Positions 37,276-47,734 of a stretch of 64,000 nucleotides of DNA are shown here, piece after piece (positions within the stretch are counted from its first letter, which is position 1; every line of letters starts with the position of its first letter). The notes beneath the pieces were generated by a model. The model did not search any database. It saw nothing but the letters and a program-made list of their open reading frames with translations, and was not told where the DNA came from. Origin of the DNA: an uncultured Actinomycetota bacterium (GTDB lineage: Bacteria; Actinomycetota; Actinomycetes; CAVWCF01); contig CAVOOM010000008.1 in NCBI GenBank assembly GCA_963697565.1, positions 304,423 through 368,422 on the forward strand, in the 5' to 3' direction. A program made the position numbers and the translations under genes.

Positions 37276-37803
37276 TCAGGCGTTGGTGCTGCTCGTCGTG
37301 CTGGCGCTCGGGCTCGGGGCGGCGCCGCCGCGCGGCCCGCGCGGCCCGCCCGGGCCACCCGGGCCACCCGGGCCATGCGCCTCGTCGCCGGTCACCGTGA
37401 AGGACTTGTCGACCTCCACGGTCACCCGGGTGCCGTCGGCCTTGGTGAGGTGCGCCTCGTAGACGCCGTCGGAGTCGGTCTCGATGCGCAGCACGGTGGC
37501 GCCGGGGTACTTCGCCAGCGCGGCGGCCTTGACCTTCTCGGCGGTGTCGCCGGTGAGCAGCGACTCGTCGGGGCGCTGCGGCTGCGACTCGTCGCGGGGG
37601 GCCGGAGCCGGGTCCGCGGTCGCCGACGCGGCGCCGGTGGTGGAGTCCACGGTGTCGGCGCTGGCGCTGAGGGCGCCCATGAGCACGCCCCCGGCGAGCA
37701 GGCCGGCGGCGAGTCCGCCGCCCACCATCGCCGCGGTGCGCCGACGCGATCCGGAGCCGCCCGGGGCGGGAGTCGCGGGAGTTGCGGTGAAGTCGTCCAT
37801 CAT
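37276..37803 (-). CDS. membrane-anchored/secreted PepSY-like domain protein with Gly/Pro-repeat tail
   Basis: N-terminal TM/signal segment (MVGGGLAAGLLAGGVLMGALSASA). PepSY-like core AEKVKAAALAKYPGATVLRIETDSDGVYEAHLTKADGTRVTVEVDKSF. Tail GPGGPGGPGGPRGPRGG. Confidence 0.5.
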   Translation of the reverse strand: MMDDFTATPATPAPGGSGSRRRTAAMVGGGLAAGLLAGGVLMGALSASADTVDSTTGAASATADPAPAPRDESQPQRPDESLLTGDTAEKVKAAALAKYPGATVLRIETDSDGVYEAHLTKADGTRVTVEVDKSFTVTGDEAHGPGGPGGPGGPRGPRGGAAPSPSASTTSSTNA

Positions 37804-37923
37804 CGTGTCCTTTCCTGCGGGGCCCGTCGGTCGAGCCCGATGACCACGACGATGGGCCAGGGATCTGGGCGGATCCTGTGGCGATCCGCAGTGGGGGCTG
37901 TCAGCGCGTCATAGGTTGCGACC

Positions 37924-40377
37924 GTGACCCCCACGCTTCCGTCCCGCGCCCGCGTCGTCGTCATCGGAGGCGGGGTGATCGGCACGTCGGTCGCCTACCA
38001 CCTGGCCCACGCCGGGTGGACCGACACCGTCCTGCTGGAGCGCGACCGGCTCACCTCGGGCACGACCTGGCACGCCGCCGGGCTGATGGTGACGTTCGGG
38101 TCGACCTCGGAGACCTCGACGCGGATGCGCCAGTACACCCGCGACCTCTACGCGCGGCTGGAGGCCGAAACCGGGCAGTCCACCGGATTCACGCCGGTGG
38201 GCTTCATCGAGGTCGCCGCCGACGAGGGCCGCCTCGAGGAGTACCGCCGGGTGTCGGCGTTCAACCGGTTGATGGGCGTGGACGTTCAGGAGATCTCGCC
38301 CGCCGAGGTCGCCGCGATGTTCCCGCTGGCCCGCACCGACGACCTGCTCGCCGGCTTCTACGTCGCCGAGGACGGCCGCGCCAATCCGGTCGACGTGACG
38401 ATGGCGCTGGCCAAGGGCGCGCGCCAGCAGGGTGCGGCGGTGCTGGAGGGGGTGCCGGCGCTCGGCGTGTTGACCGAGCGCGGAGCCGTGCGCGGCGTCC
38501 GCACGCCGTACGGCGACATCGAGTGCGAGTACGTCGTGAACTGCGCGGGCATGTGGGCGCGGCAGCTCGGCGAGGCGCACGGCGTGACGATCCCCCTGCA
38601 GGCGGCCGAGCACTACTACCTGGTGACCGAGGCCGTCGACGGCATCGACCGGTCGTGGCCGGTGCTCGAGGACCCGTCGTCGTACGGGTACTTCCGCGAG
38701 GAGGGCGGCGGGCTCATGGTCGGGCTCTTCGAGCCGGTGTGCGCGCCCTGGCGGGTCGAGGGCGTGCCCGCGGACGCCTCGTTCACGACGCTGGCGCCGG
38801 ACTGGGATCGGATGGGCCAGTACCTGGAGAAGGCGATGTCCCGGGTGCCGGTGTCGTTCGAGGTCGGCATCCGCACCTTCTTCTGCGGCCCGGAGAGCTT
38901 CACGCCGGATCTCGCCCCGGTGGTCGGCGAGGCGCCCGAGGTCCGCAACTACTTCGTCGCCGCCGGGCTGAACTCCATCGGCATCCTGACAGGCGGCGGC
39001 CTCGGCCGGGCCATGGCGCACTGGGTCATCGACGGCCAGCCGGACATCGACGTGACCGGCATGAACATCGACCGGCTGCACCACTACCAGGCCAACCCCG
39101 ACTACCGCCGCACGCGCACCGTCGAGTCGCTGGGGCAGGTGTACGCCTGCCACTACCCGCACAAGTCGATGCAGACCGCCCGCGGCGCCAAGCGCTCGCC
39201 CCTCCACGAGCAGCTCAAGGCGCAGCGCGCCTGCTTCCGCGACGTCAGCGGGTGGGAGGGCGCCGACTGGTACGCGCCGCAGGGCGCCGAGCCGTCGCCG
39301 GGCGCCCTCACCTGGGGCCGGCCGGACTGGTTCGGCCACTGGGAGGCCGAGCACCGCGCCGTCCGCGAGGACGTCGGCCTGATGGACATGGCGTTCATGG
39401 CGAAGTTCCACGTCGAGGGCCGCGACGCCGGCGCGGTGCTGGAGCGGCTGTCGGCGAACCGGGTCGACGGCGAGCCCGGCGCCATCACGTACACGCAGTG
39501 GCTCAACGACCGCGGCCGGCTGGAGGCCGACCTGACGGTGACCAAGCTCGACGAGGGCCGTTTCCTGGTGGTGGCCTCGGACACCGCCCACCGCCACGTC
39601 GAGACGCTGCTGCGGCGCGGGATCGGCGACGCGCATGCCTTCGTCGCGGATGTCACCTCGGGCTTCGCGCAGCTCAACGTGCAGGGGCCCCGGTCGCGCG
39701 ACCTGCTGCAGTCGCTCACCTCGGCCGACCTCTCGAACGAGGCATTCCCGTTCCGCGCCGCGCGTGAGATCGACCTCGGCTACGCCCGCGCGCTGTGCGT
39801 GCGGATCACCTACCTCGGCGAGCTCGGCTACGAGCTGTACGTCCCCGCCGAGCAGGCCGCCCACGTGTACGAGCGGCTAGTCGAGGCAGGCCCGGCGTAC
39901 GGGCTGCGGCACGTCGGGCTCAAGGCGCTGTCCAGCCTGCGGCTGGAGAAGGGCTACCGCGACTACGGCCACGACATCGACAACACCGACACCGTCCTGG
40001 AGGCCGGGCTCGGCTTCGCGGTCGCGCTGGACAAGCCGGGCGGCTTCACCGGGCGCGACGCCGTGGCCGCGCAGCGGGCCGCCGGGCCGCTGCGCAAGCG
40101 GCTCGTGCAGGTGCTGCTGGCCGACCCCGAGCCGCTGATGTTCCACGCCGAGCCGCTGCTGCGCGACGGCCGGGCCGTGGGCTATCTGCGGGCCGCCTCG
40201 TACGGGTTCACGCTCGGCGGCGCCGTCGGGCTGGCGATGGTGGAGGCGGACGACCCCATCGATCAAGCGTGGCTGGACGCGGGGGAGTGGGAGGTCGAGA
40301 TCGCCGACCGACGGTGGCCGGCCCGCGTCTCGCTGCGCCCGCTCTACGACCCGGCCAACGAGCGGATCCGGGGGTAG
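37924..40377 (+). CDS. FAD-dependent oxidoreductase fused to aminomethyltransferase (GcvT) domain: dimethylglycine/sarcosine dehydrogenase-like
   Basis: 817 aa, intact: VVVIGGGVIGTSVAYHLA (FAD), the HYY-type DAO core, and a C-terminal GcvT fold (ITYLGELGYELYVP, LRLEKGYRDYGHDI). Confidence 0.8.
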   Translation: MTPTLPSRARVVVIGGGVIGTSVAYHLAHAGWTDTVLLERDRLTSGTTWHAAGLMVTFGSTSETSTRMRQYTRDLYARLEAETGQSTGFTPVGFIEVAADEGRLEEYRRVSAFNRLMGVDVQEISPAEVAAMFPLARTDDLLAGFYVAEDGRANPVDVTMALAKGARQQGAAVLEGVPALGVLTERGAVRGVRTPYGDIECEYVVNCAGMWARQLGEAHGVTIPLQAAEHYYLVTEAVDGIDRSWPVLEDPSSYGYFREEGGGLMVGLFEPVCAPWRVEGVPADASFTTLAPDWDRMGQYLEKAMSRVPVSFEVGIRTFFCGPESFTPDLAPVVGEAPEVRNYFVAAGLNSIGILTGGGLGRAMAHWVIDGQPDIDVTGMNIDRLHHYQANPDYRRTRTVESLGQVYACHYPHKSMQTARGAKRSPLHEQLKAQRACFRDVSGWEGADWYAPQGAEPSPGALTWGRPDWFGHWEAEHRAVREDVGLMDMAFMAKFHVEGRDAGAVLERLSANRVDGEPGAITYTQWLNDRGRLEADLTVTKLDEGRFLVVASDTAHRHVETLLRRGIGDAHAFVADVTSGFAQLNVQGPRSRDLLQSLTSADLSNEAFPFRAAREIDLGYARALCVRITYLGELGYELYVPAEQAAHVYERLVEAGPAYGLRHVGLKALSSLRLEKGYRDYGHDIDNTDTVLEAGLGFAVALDKPGGFTGRDAVAAQRAAGPLRKRLVQVLLADPEPLMFHAEPLLRDGRAVGYLRAASYGFTLGGAVGLAMVEADDPIDQAWLDAGEWEVEIADRRWPARVSLRPLYDPANERIRG

Positions 40378-40378
40378 C

Positions 40379-40576
40379 TCAGCCGCCGGCCTTGCGGCGG
40401 AAGGTGCGCTGCGACTTGGCGGGCCCATGCGCCTCGTGGACCTTGGAGTCGCCCTCGGCGTGCCCGCCGCCGCCGGACTGGCTGGCCTGCTTGCGGTCGA
40501 GGGCCTCGCGGTAGCGCCGCTTGACGTCGTCGTCGGCGGCCTTGACCGACTCCGGCTGAGGGGTGTCCGCGGTCAT
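40379..40576 (-). CDS. DUF5302-like small basic protein
   Basis: 65 aa from the internal ATG: VKRRYREALDRKQASQ...AKSQRTFRRKAGG matches my recollection of DUF5302. Confidence 0.5.
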   Translation of the reverse strand: MTADTPQPESVKAADDDVKRRYREALDRKQASQSGGGGHAEGDSKVHEAHGPAKSQRTFRRKAGG

Positions 40577-40643
40577 GGGGTCTCCTGGGGCGAAGGGCGC
40601 GAGGGTCCGCGTGCGGTCCACGGTACGCGCTGCGGAACGCCTG

Positions 40644-41946
40644 TCAGCCCATCACGGTGTGGCTTGAGTCGGCGTGGGCGGCGCGCAGCCTGGAGTAGTG
40701 CCCGAGGTCGATGGCCAGGCCGGACCAGCGGCCGATGATCTGGACCGGATCGGCGTCGTGGTCGTGGCCGGACTCGACCGCGTCGATCAGCCGCGCCATC
40801 AGCTCGCCGACCAGCGGCGCGTTCTTGAACTGGTTGCCGCTGGTGCCGATCGCGACGTAGAAGCCCGGCAGCTCGGTGCGGTCGTAGATCGGGATCCAGT
40901 CGTCGGTGACGTCGTACACACCGACGATGCCGCTGGGGCGGGGCGGCACGGGGAGCTCGGGCAGCCGGCGCGCCGCCCGCAGCGTCTGCGCCTCCCACAC
41001 CTCGGCGGTGACATGTCCGTCGACCTGGTCGGGGTCGTCGAGCCAGGTCAGCGGGTCGCACTCGGGCTCCATGCCTCCGACGATCAGCGTGCCCCCGGCG
41101 TGCGGGCGCAGGTAGACGCCGAGGTCAGGGTCGGTGAGGAAGGCGCCCGAGCCGAGGTCGAACCCGGACGGGGCCGGAACGGAGTGGACCTCTTGGCGCA
41201 GCGGGCGCAGGGACATCGTGAAGTCGGAGCCGACGCCGGCCATCGCATTGAGCCGCGACGACCACGGGCCGGCGGCGTTGACGACGACGGGGGCGCCCAG
41301 CGCGGTGCCGTCGTCGAGGGTGACGCCCGCCACGCGCCCGGCGTCGCGCTGCACGCCGACGACCTCGCTGCGCAGCCGCAGGACGGCGCCCTGGGCGACG
41401 GCGGCGTGGGCCAGGTTCTGCGCCGCGAGCGCGGGGTCGTCGAGGTAGCCCGCGTCGGGGGTGAGGTAGCCGGTCGAGCGTTCCGTGGGCGCCGTCGAAG
41501 AACCGCTCGTCCGTGACCGGCACGGGCGGCCCGTACGCGCCGGTGTCCAGCGCGGGGAAGCGGGCGGCGAGCTGGGCGGAGTCGAACCGCTCGTACGGCA
41601 CGCCGAGGGCGTCGAACAGCGCGAGGGTCTGCGCGGTCGGCAACCCGGGCGAGTCCAGGACCAGCGCCCCGGTGCGCACGAACGAGGCCATGCCGGCCGG
41701 GTCGCGAGTGCCCAGGTAGGCCTCCCAGTCGAGCCAGCGGCGGGCGGACTCCCAGGCCGCGGCGACCCCGTCCCGGGTCGAGTAGTGGAAGCGCACGATG
41801 GCGCTGCTCGCGCTCGTCGACCCCGAGCCGACCGCTCCGGACCGGTCGACCAGGCAGACCGAGCGCCCGCCGCGGGCGAGCTCCAAGGCGATTCCCGCCC
41901 CGATCACCCCCGCGCCGATCACGACGGCGTCGCAGCGTTCGGCCAT
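40644..41946 (-). pseudogene. FAD-dependent oxidoreductase (DAO family, sarcosine-oxidase-beta-like), one frameshift near 41480
   Basis: MAERCDAVVIGAGVIGAGIALELARGG...FFDGAHGTLDR, then in another frame TGYLTPDAGYLDDPALAAQNLAHAAVAQGAVLRLRSEVVGV...FYVAIGTSGNQFKNAPLVG. Confidence 0.7.
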
Positions 41947-41955
41947 CGCGGGTCC

Positions 41956-43144
41956 TCAGGCCTCAGCCGGTGGCCGCACCCGGCGACTCGGCGTGGCTCC
42001 TCTGCCGCGGGTGCGCCATCGGAACTTGCCGCGTCTGGATCGCTGGCCGTTGCCGGTGTCGGGCTGCGCGTAGTAGTCGACGAGCACCTCGTAGCGCTTG
42101 GTGTAGATCTCGAAGAGCGCCAGCAGCAGGGCGGCGACCGGGACGGCCAGCAGCGCCCCGGCGACGCCGAAGAGGGACGCCCCGAGCATGACGGAGGCGA
42201 AGGACACCGCGGGGTGGACGTTGACGGCCCGGGCGCTGATCCGGGGCTCCAGCGTGAGGTTCTCGACCTGCTGGTAGGCGACCCCCCAGGCCAGCGCGAA
42301 CAGGCCGTCCTTGGGGTCGGCGCTGAGCAGGCCGATGAGCACGGGCAGCGCGATCGCGATGTAGGTGCCGATCGTGGGCACGAACTGCGCCACCACACCG
42401 GTCCAGATGCCCAGCGGCAGCCAGTACGGCATCCCGATGAGGTAGAGGAACAGCGCGGTGGTGGCGCCGTTGATCGTCGCCAGGACGACGCGGGCGGCCA
42501 CGTAGCCGCCGGTCTTCTCGACCGCCAGCGTCAGCGCGGTGTCGAACGGCGGACTGCCGCTTGGGGGGCAGCAGGCCCGCGACCCAGTGCGCCAACCGGG
42601 GGGCGTCGGCGGAGAAGTAGAACGTGAACAGCGCGAAGGTGAACAGCGAGAAGAACGCGCCGACCGCGGCAAAGAGCACCGCGAGCACCCCGGCGGCGAG
42701 GTCGGCCGTGACGCCGGCGACGTCGCCCGGGCCCGAGGCCGGCCTGCTGGAGCAGCTCAATGGGGTCGAGGTCGGTGTCGAAGCGCTCGTTGATCCAGGC
42801 GATGAGCCTCCTCGATCGCGTCGGGGAGGCCCTGGACCAACTGGATCAGCTGGTCGGCGAGCAGCCCGCCGAAGAGCAGGAAGAACACGACGGTGGCGAG
42901 TGCGAAGGCGACCATGACCAGGCCGGTGGCCAGCCCGCGCTTCATGCGCTGGGCGAGGCGGCTGACGGCGGGCTCCATCGCGATCGAGGCGAACCAGGAC
43001 ATCAGCAGGATGAACAGGACGCTGCCGCCGTCCTCCAAGGACGAACCGGCCGAAGAGGAAGAGCGCGATCGCGGCGAAGACCAAGACGAGGACGCGCCAG
43101 ACGCTCCGGGTGTCGACCGCGGTCGGCGGCGGTGGCGCGCTCAT
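41956..43144 (-). pseudogene. AI-2E family transporter (PerM-like), at least 4 frameshifts
   Basis: Pieces lie in all three minus frames: MSAPPPPTAVDTRSVWRVLVLVFAAIALFLFGRFVL / EDGGSVLFILLMSWFASIAMEPAVSRLAQRMKRGLATGLVM... / LAAGVLAVLFAAVGAFFSLFTFALFTFYFSADAPRL / TALTLAVEKTGGYVAARVVLATINGATTALFLYLIGMPYWLPLGIWTGVVAQFVPTIGTYIA... The start overlaps the fbiC stop. Confidence 0.7.
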
Positions 43145-45498
43145 CTGGGGCTCCTTGTCGGGACCAGGTCGTACAGGGTCGTGCGCCGCCTCAGCCGCCT
43201 GCCGGCGCCGGCCACGGCGTGCTCCAGCGCGTCCTCATCGAGGAGCTGGCCGTGCGCCGCCCCCGCGGCCCGGCTGATGTTCTCGTCCATCAGGGTGCCG
43301 CCGAGGTCGTCCACCCCGGCGGACAGCAGCTGCCGGGCGCCATCGATACCGAGCTTCACCCAGGAGGCCTGGATGTGGTCGATGTCCTCGGCGTACGCGA
43401 TCCGGGCCACCGCGTGCACCAGCACGACCTCGCGCCAGGTCGGGCCCCGGCGCGCCCCCCGCTTGAGGTAGATCGGCGCGGCCATGTGCACGAACGGCAG
43501 CCCGACGAACTCCGTGAAGCCGCCGGTCTCGCGCTGCAGGGCCCGGGTGCGCAGCAGGTGGCGGGCCCAGTGCCGCGGCTCCTCGATCGAGCCGAACATC
43601 ATCGTGACGTTCGACCGCAGGCCGACCGAGTGCGCGACGCGGTGGCACTCCAGCCACTCCTCGGTGCTGATCTTGTCGGGGCAGAGGACGGCGCGGACCT
43701 CGTCGTCGAGGATCTCGGCGGCGGTCCCGGGCAGCGAGCGCAGGCCGGCGTCCATCAGCCGACGGAGGTACGCCTCAAGCGGCTCGCCGAGGCGTCGCGC
43801 GCCCTCGGTCACCTCGAGCGCGGTGAAGCCGTGGATGTGCAGGTCGGGCGCCGCCCCGCTTACCGCACGGGCCACGTCGATGTAGTAGTCGCCGTCGAAG
43901 TCGGGGTGGATGCCGCCCTGCAGGCACACCTCGGTTGCGCCGAGGTCCCACGCCTCGGCGGCCCGCCCGGCGATGTCATCGAGAGTGAGCAGGTACGGCT
44001 TGCCGCGCAGGTTGAGCGACAACGGGCCCTTGGAGAACCCGCAGAACCGGCACTTGAAGGTGCAGACGTTGGTGTAGTTGATGTTGCGGTTGCGGACGTA
44101 GGTCACGTCGTCGCCGACGACGCCGGCGCGGATCTCATCGGCGTACGCGGCCACCGCCGCGACCTCGGGGCCGCGGGCGGCGAAGAGGGTGACGAGCTCG
44201 TCCTCACCGAGGTCCTGCCCGGCCCGGGCCCCGGCGAGGACCTCGGCCACGGCGCCGCCTGCGGCGGGACGGCCGGGGATCAGCGCCGGGGGAGCCGAGT
44301 CGGCGCCGGAGTACCACGCCGTGGAGCGGCGCCCGACCTGGATCACCTCGGCCCCGGTGCCCACATTGGCCGCGTCCTGGTGGCGCTCGGGGAAGGCCGC
44401 GCCGGGGTCGTCGCGTCCCAGCGACTCGGCGTCGGCTCGGTCCAGCACCGGGAAGCGCATCCGCTCGTCGAGCCAGCGCGCCGGATCGCGCGCGAACTCG
44501 GGGTAGATCGTGAGTCGGGGGGCCAGCGCGAGACCGTGGTCCTCGACGGCGGCACGCAGCCGGTCGATGGCCGGCCACGGGCGCTCGGGGTTCACGTGGT
44601 CGGCGGTGACGGGGGAGACGCCCCCGAGGTCGTCGATGCCGGCGTCGAGCAGCGCTGCGAGATCGTCGGTGAGGTTGGGCGGCGCCTGCAGGTGGACTTC
44701 CGGCGGCAGGATCAGGCGGGCCAGAGCGATGGCGTCGAGGAAGTCCTCGGGAGGGCAGGGCGGAGCGGCGCGCATCGCCGTGCCGGGCTTGGGCAGGAAG
44801 TTCTGGACGATCACCTCCTGGACATGGCCGTGGCGGGTGTGCGCGTCGGCGATGGCCTCCAGCGCCTCGATGCGATCCGGCCGGGACTCGCCGATCCCGA
44901 CCAGGATCCCGGTGGTGAACGGGATCGCGAGCCGACCGGCGGCATCCAGCGTGGCGAGCCGCCGCTCGGGCGCCTTGTCCGGGGCTCCCCGGTGCGCGGC
45001 CAGCGCGGGGTTGAGCGACTCCAGCATCATCCCCTGGCTCGCCGAGACCCCGCGCAGGAGCGCGAGCTCCGGCTCGGACAGCGCGCCCGCGTTGGCGTGC
45101 GGCAGCAGCCCGGTCTCCTCGACGACCAACCGGCACATGGCCGCCAGGTAGTCGACGGTGGACGCGTAGCCGTGCTCCCGCAGCCAGGCGCGTGCCTCCT
45201 TGTAGCGCGCCTCGGGGCTCTCGCCCAGGGTGAAGAGCGCCTCGTGGCAGCCGGCCTGCGCACCGTCGACGGCGATCGCGAGCACCTGCTCGGGGGACAG
45301 GTAGGGGCTGGCGGCGCGCGACGGCGCCTGGGCGAAGGTGCAGTAGCCGCAGCGGTCGCGGCAGAGGTGGGTCAGCGGGATGAACACCTTGGGGGAGTAC
45401 GTGACGCGCGTGCCGAAGGCCTCATCGCGCACCGCCCGCGCCCGGCGCGCTAGGCCGTCGAAGCCCCGATCCAGCAGCCCCGGGGCCGCAACCGTCAT
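43141..45498 (-). CDS. fbiC: bifunctional FO synthase (CofG+CofH), F420 chromophore biosynthesis
   Basis: 785 aa, intact. It has two radical-SAM halves, each with a CxxxCxxC motif (CRDRCGYCTF and CTFKCRFCGF), in the typical FbiC order. Confidence 0.9.
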   Translation of the reverse strand: MTVAAPGLLDRGFDGLARRARAVRDEAFGTRVTYSPKVFIPLTHLCRDRCGYCTFAQAPSRAASPYLSPEQVLAIAVDGAQAGCHEALFTLGESPEARYKEARAWLREHGYASTVDYLAAMCRLVVEETGLLPHANAGALSEPELALLRGVSASQGMMLESLNPALAAHRGAPDKAPERRLATLDAAGRLAIPFTTGILVGIGESRPDRIEALEAIADAHTRHGHVQEVIVQNFLPKPGTAMRAAPPCPPEDFLDAIALARLILPPEVHLQAPPNLTDDLAALLDAGIDDLGGVSPVTADHVNPERPWPAIDRLRAAVEDHGLALAPRLTIYPEFARDPARWLDERMRFPVLDRADAESLGRDDPGAAFPERHQDAANVGTGAEVIQVGRRSTAWYSGADSAPPALIPGRPAAGGAVAEVLAGARAGQDLGEDELVTLFAARGPEVAAVAAYADEIRAGVVGDDVTYVRNRNINYTNVCTFKCRFCGFSKGPLSLNLRGKPYLLTLDDIAGRAAEAWDLGATEVCLQGGIHPDFDGDYYIDVARAVSGAAPDLHIHGFTALEVTEGARRLGEPLEAYLRRLMDAGLRSLPGTAAEILDDEVRAVLCPDKISTEEWLECHRVAHSVGLRSNVTMMFGSIEEPRHWARHLLRTRALQRETGGFTEFVGLPFVHMAAPIYLKRGARRGPTWREVVLVHAVARIAYAEDIDHIQASWVKLGIDGARQLLSAGVDDLGGTLMDENISRAAGAAHGQLLDEDALEHAVAGAGRRLRRRTTLYDLVPTRSPR

Positions 45499-45568
45499 CG
45501 CACCGTCCTTCGAAAGGCGCCGCCCTCGGCATTGCCCCTGAACGGTACTCGGCGCCTCCGCGGGTTCG

Positions 45569-46015
45569 TCAGGGCTGCTTGAACCAGTCCCGGGCCGGGC
45601 CCCGGACGAGCATCGTGATCAGGGCCACGGTGAGCCCGATCGTGACGATGGCCGACAGCGGCCAGCCGCCGCCGAAGAGGGCGAGCACGCTCACGGCGAG
45701 CCGGAAGACCAGGAAGGCGATCACCACGATCCTGGCCCGGCGGTTGCCCCGGGCCAGCGCCCGGGCGAGCCCCAGGATGACGACGGCGAGCACGAGCGTC
45801 ACGATGCCGTCGACCAGGTTGGCGGCGGCGCTGATCGAGGGGTCCTTGACGACCACGCCGACCGCCGCGCGCACGAACGCCAGCCCGGCGCGGTAGAACT
45901 CCACGAGCGACCCGATGACCAGCAGCGCGACGACCGCCCGGACGGCCGTCGGCAGCCCGCCGAAGCTGTGCCCGACCTGCGGTCCCACGGCCCCCTGCGG
46001 CGTCAACGCGCCCAT
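45569..46015 (-). CDS. hypothetical small membrane protein (about 4 TM)
   Basis: 148 aa from the internal ATG. It is hydrophobic (AVVALLVIGSLVEF, IVTLVLAVVILGLA, IVVIAFLVFRLAVSVLALF, SAIVTIGLTVALITML). The start overlaps the upstream hydrolase gene by 13 nt. I recognise no family. Confidence 0.45.
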   Translation of the reverse strand: MGALTPQGAVGPQVGHSFGGLPTAVRAVVALLVIGSLVEFYRAGLAFVRAAVGVVVKDPSISAAANLVDGIVTLVLAVVILGLARALARGNRRARIVVIAFLVFRLAVSVLALFGGGWPLSAIVTIGLTVALITMLVRGPARDWFKQP

Positions 46016-47628
46016 GGCGTGTCCTCCACTCCCAGTTCGTCGAGCGCCGCGTTGAGGCGGCGCGCGACCTCGGCGTTCCAGGAGTCCGCGGTGAGCACGG
46101 CGCCCATCGCGTCCGCGGTGGACTCGGGGTAGAGGTGGCCGGACCCCGGGGGCGTGGTCGCCGCCGCCGCCAGGTCGAGGCCGACACGCCAGAAGGTCGC
46201 GATCGGCCACCAGCGCAGCGAGGGGTCGACACCCGGCCCGAGGGGGTCGCGCAGCCACTCGGCCGGCCACACGACCAGGGAGCCGTTCCACCACGCCACG
46301 GGGTCGTTGGGGTGGGCCACCAGGGCGATCCGCCGGCCCTGCCAGCGGGCGGGCGGATCGGTGAGCTCCTCGGCCTCGATGAAGGCCTGCGCCACGGCGC
46401 CGCGGTCGATGTCGGGCTGCCAGATCGGCCCACCGGCCCGGTTCTCGCGCCAATCGGCCCACAGCGAGGCGGTGTACGGGGAGCCGACCCACACCGCGCC
46501 GTCGATGCTGCCGGGCTGGACGACCTCGGCGGGGGATCGGCCCGCCAGGGCGCCTTGCCCCCCGTACGCGCCGAGCGACTCGCCAAACAGCCAGACCCTG
46601 GGCCGCTGCGCCGGCGGCAGCACCTCGACGGCGTCGAGCACCGCGTCGATGACCGCCTCGCTCGACGCCACGGCCAAGGGGCGGTCGGCGATGAAGGAGA
46701 ACCAGGACGGCAGGTAGGAGTACTGGATCCCCACCGTTGCCACGTCGCCGCCCAGCAGCAGCTCGGCGGCGTCAATGGCGTGCGCGTCGATCCACCCGGT
46801 GCCGGTCGGGATCGCGAGGACGAGATTGGCGCGGGCGAAGCCGCCGAGCCGGGCCAGCTCGGCCACCGCGTTCTCGGCCCGATCATCGGCGGATTGGCCC
46901 TGGGCCAGTCCGACGTACGCCCGCACGGGTTCGACGGCCTGCCCGTCGGCGAAGGCCGCGAGCTGCTCCCGCGTGGGCCCGCCGGTCACGAACGCGCGTC
47001 CGCGATAGCCCAGGCCGTCCCAGGCAACCGTGGACGAGGGGCCGCCGCTGCGCGTGTCCAGCGTGGGTGGGCTCTGTCCGTCCTGGCTGGCGTCGAGGGC
47101 CTGGTAGAACGTGCGGGTGCCCTCAAGGGCCATCCCCACCAGCGCGGCGCACACCGCGAAGGCGGCCACCGCTCCCACGGCCATCGACCAGCGGCCGGTG
47201 GGGACGAACCAGCGCGAGGCCCGGTCGAGCTGGCGGCCGAGCGCCCGAAGCAGCCGGCCGAGCAGGACGAGGGCCGCGAGCAGGGCCACGCTTGCCCCGA
47301 GCGCCAGCACGGGGTTGATCTGCGGGGGCGGCATGTCGAGGGCCTCGGCTTGGGCGTCGATGGCGGCGAGCGACCGCGGGGTCAGCGCCCCCGCGATGAG
47401 CCAGAGGGTGCCGGCCGCGGTCCAGCCCACCCGCCGGGCGGTCCGCCCCGGCCGCCAGCCGGCCATCCGCGCCAACGCGGACACCACCGCAGCGAGGCCG
47501 TACCCGGAGCACGCGACGAGGGCCGATCCCACCACGTCGATGAGCGGGCCGCGCGGCAGCAAGGACGGGCCCAACGCGGCGAGGTAGCCGAGCGCGGCCC
47601 CGATCAGGCCGGCGGCGGAGGGCGGCAT
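46003..47628 (-). CDS. membrane-anchored alpha/beta-hydrolase family protein (Abhydrolase_9-like)
   Basis: An N-terminal multi-TM region is followed by the hydrolase part (VWLFGESLGAYGG elbow). The start at 47628 (MPPSAAGLIG) is preferred. The track start at 47766 would overlap the YhhN gene by 32 nt. Confidence 0.6.
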   Translation of the reverse strand: MPPSAAGLIGAALGYLAALGPSLLPRGPLIDVVGSALVACSGYGLAAVVSALARMAGWRPGRTARRVGWTAAGTLWLIAGALTPRSLAAIDAQAEALDMPPPQINPVLALGASVALLAALVLLGRLLRALGRQLDRASRWFVPTGRWSMAVGAVAAFAVCAALVGMALEGTRTFYQALDASQDGQSPPTLDTRSGGPSSTVAWDGLGYRGRAFVTGGPTREQLAAFADGQAVEPVRAYVGLAQGQSADDRAENAVAELARLGGFARANLVLAIPTGTGWIDAHAIDAAELLLGGDVATVGIQYSYLPSWFSFIADRPLAVASSEAVIDAVLDAVEVLPPAQRPRVWLFGESLGAYGGQGALAGRSPAEVVQPGSIDGAVWVGSPYTASLWADWRENRAGGPIWQPDIDRGAVAQAFIEAEELTDPPARWQGRRIALVAHPNDPVAWWNGSLVVWPAEWLRDPLGPGVDPSLRWWPIATFWRVGLDLAAAATTPPGSGHLYPESTADAMGAVLTADSWNAEVARRLNAALDELGVEDTPWAR

Positions 47629-47734
47629 GGACAACCGCGGACGCCGGGGGGCAGGGCCAGGGACGGTTGGTGCCTGGCTCCTGCCGTCCTTCGTCGTGCC
47701 AACGGCCACGGTGCTCCTCGCGGTTCGGCGAATC

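Noticed and set aside
33909-37376. 1155-aa ORF on the minus strand.
   Set aside because: It is antisense to oleBC and oleD, has Arg/Gly/Pro-rich low-complexity sequence, and the opposite strand carries clear family motifs.
37804-37923. Possible glycine riboswitch upstream of the GcvT-domain dehydrogenase gene. A 7-bp inverted repeat GCGGATC-N7-GATCCGC lies at 37869-37889.
   Set aside because: The 120-nt divergent gap is too short for a tandem glycine aptamer plus promoters, and I could not find the conserved glycine-riboswitch core sequences. The small inverted repeat may be an operator but has no supporting evidence.
37909-39864. 651-aa ORF on the minus strand. Similar long antisense ORFs occur at 48936-50630, 56074-57882, 27689-29464, 19834-20943 and 61901-63442.
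   Set aside because: All are antisense or out of frame relative to well-supported genes and show Arg/Pro/Gly-rich junk composition.
42760-45453. 897-aa ORF on the + strand.
   Set aside because: It is antisense to fbiC, whose two radical-SAM halves are unambiguous. It is a shadow ORF.
45499-45568. Inverted repeat AGGCGCCG...CGGCGCCT downstream of the small membrane gene, considered as a terminator or riboswitch ahead of fbiC.
   Set aside because: The 8-bp stem has a loop of about 26 nt and only a weak TTTC tail, with no known regulatory RNA class for fbiC. This is too weak to call.
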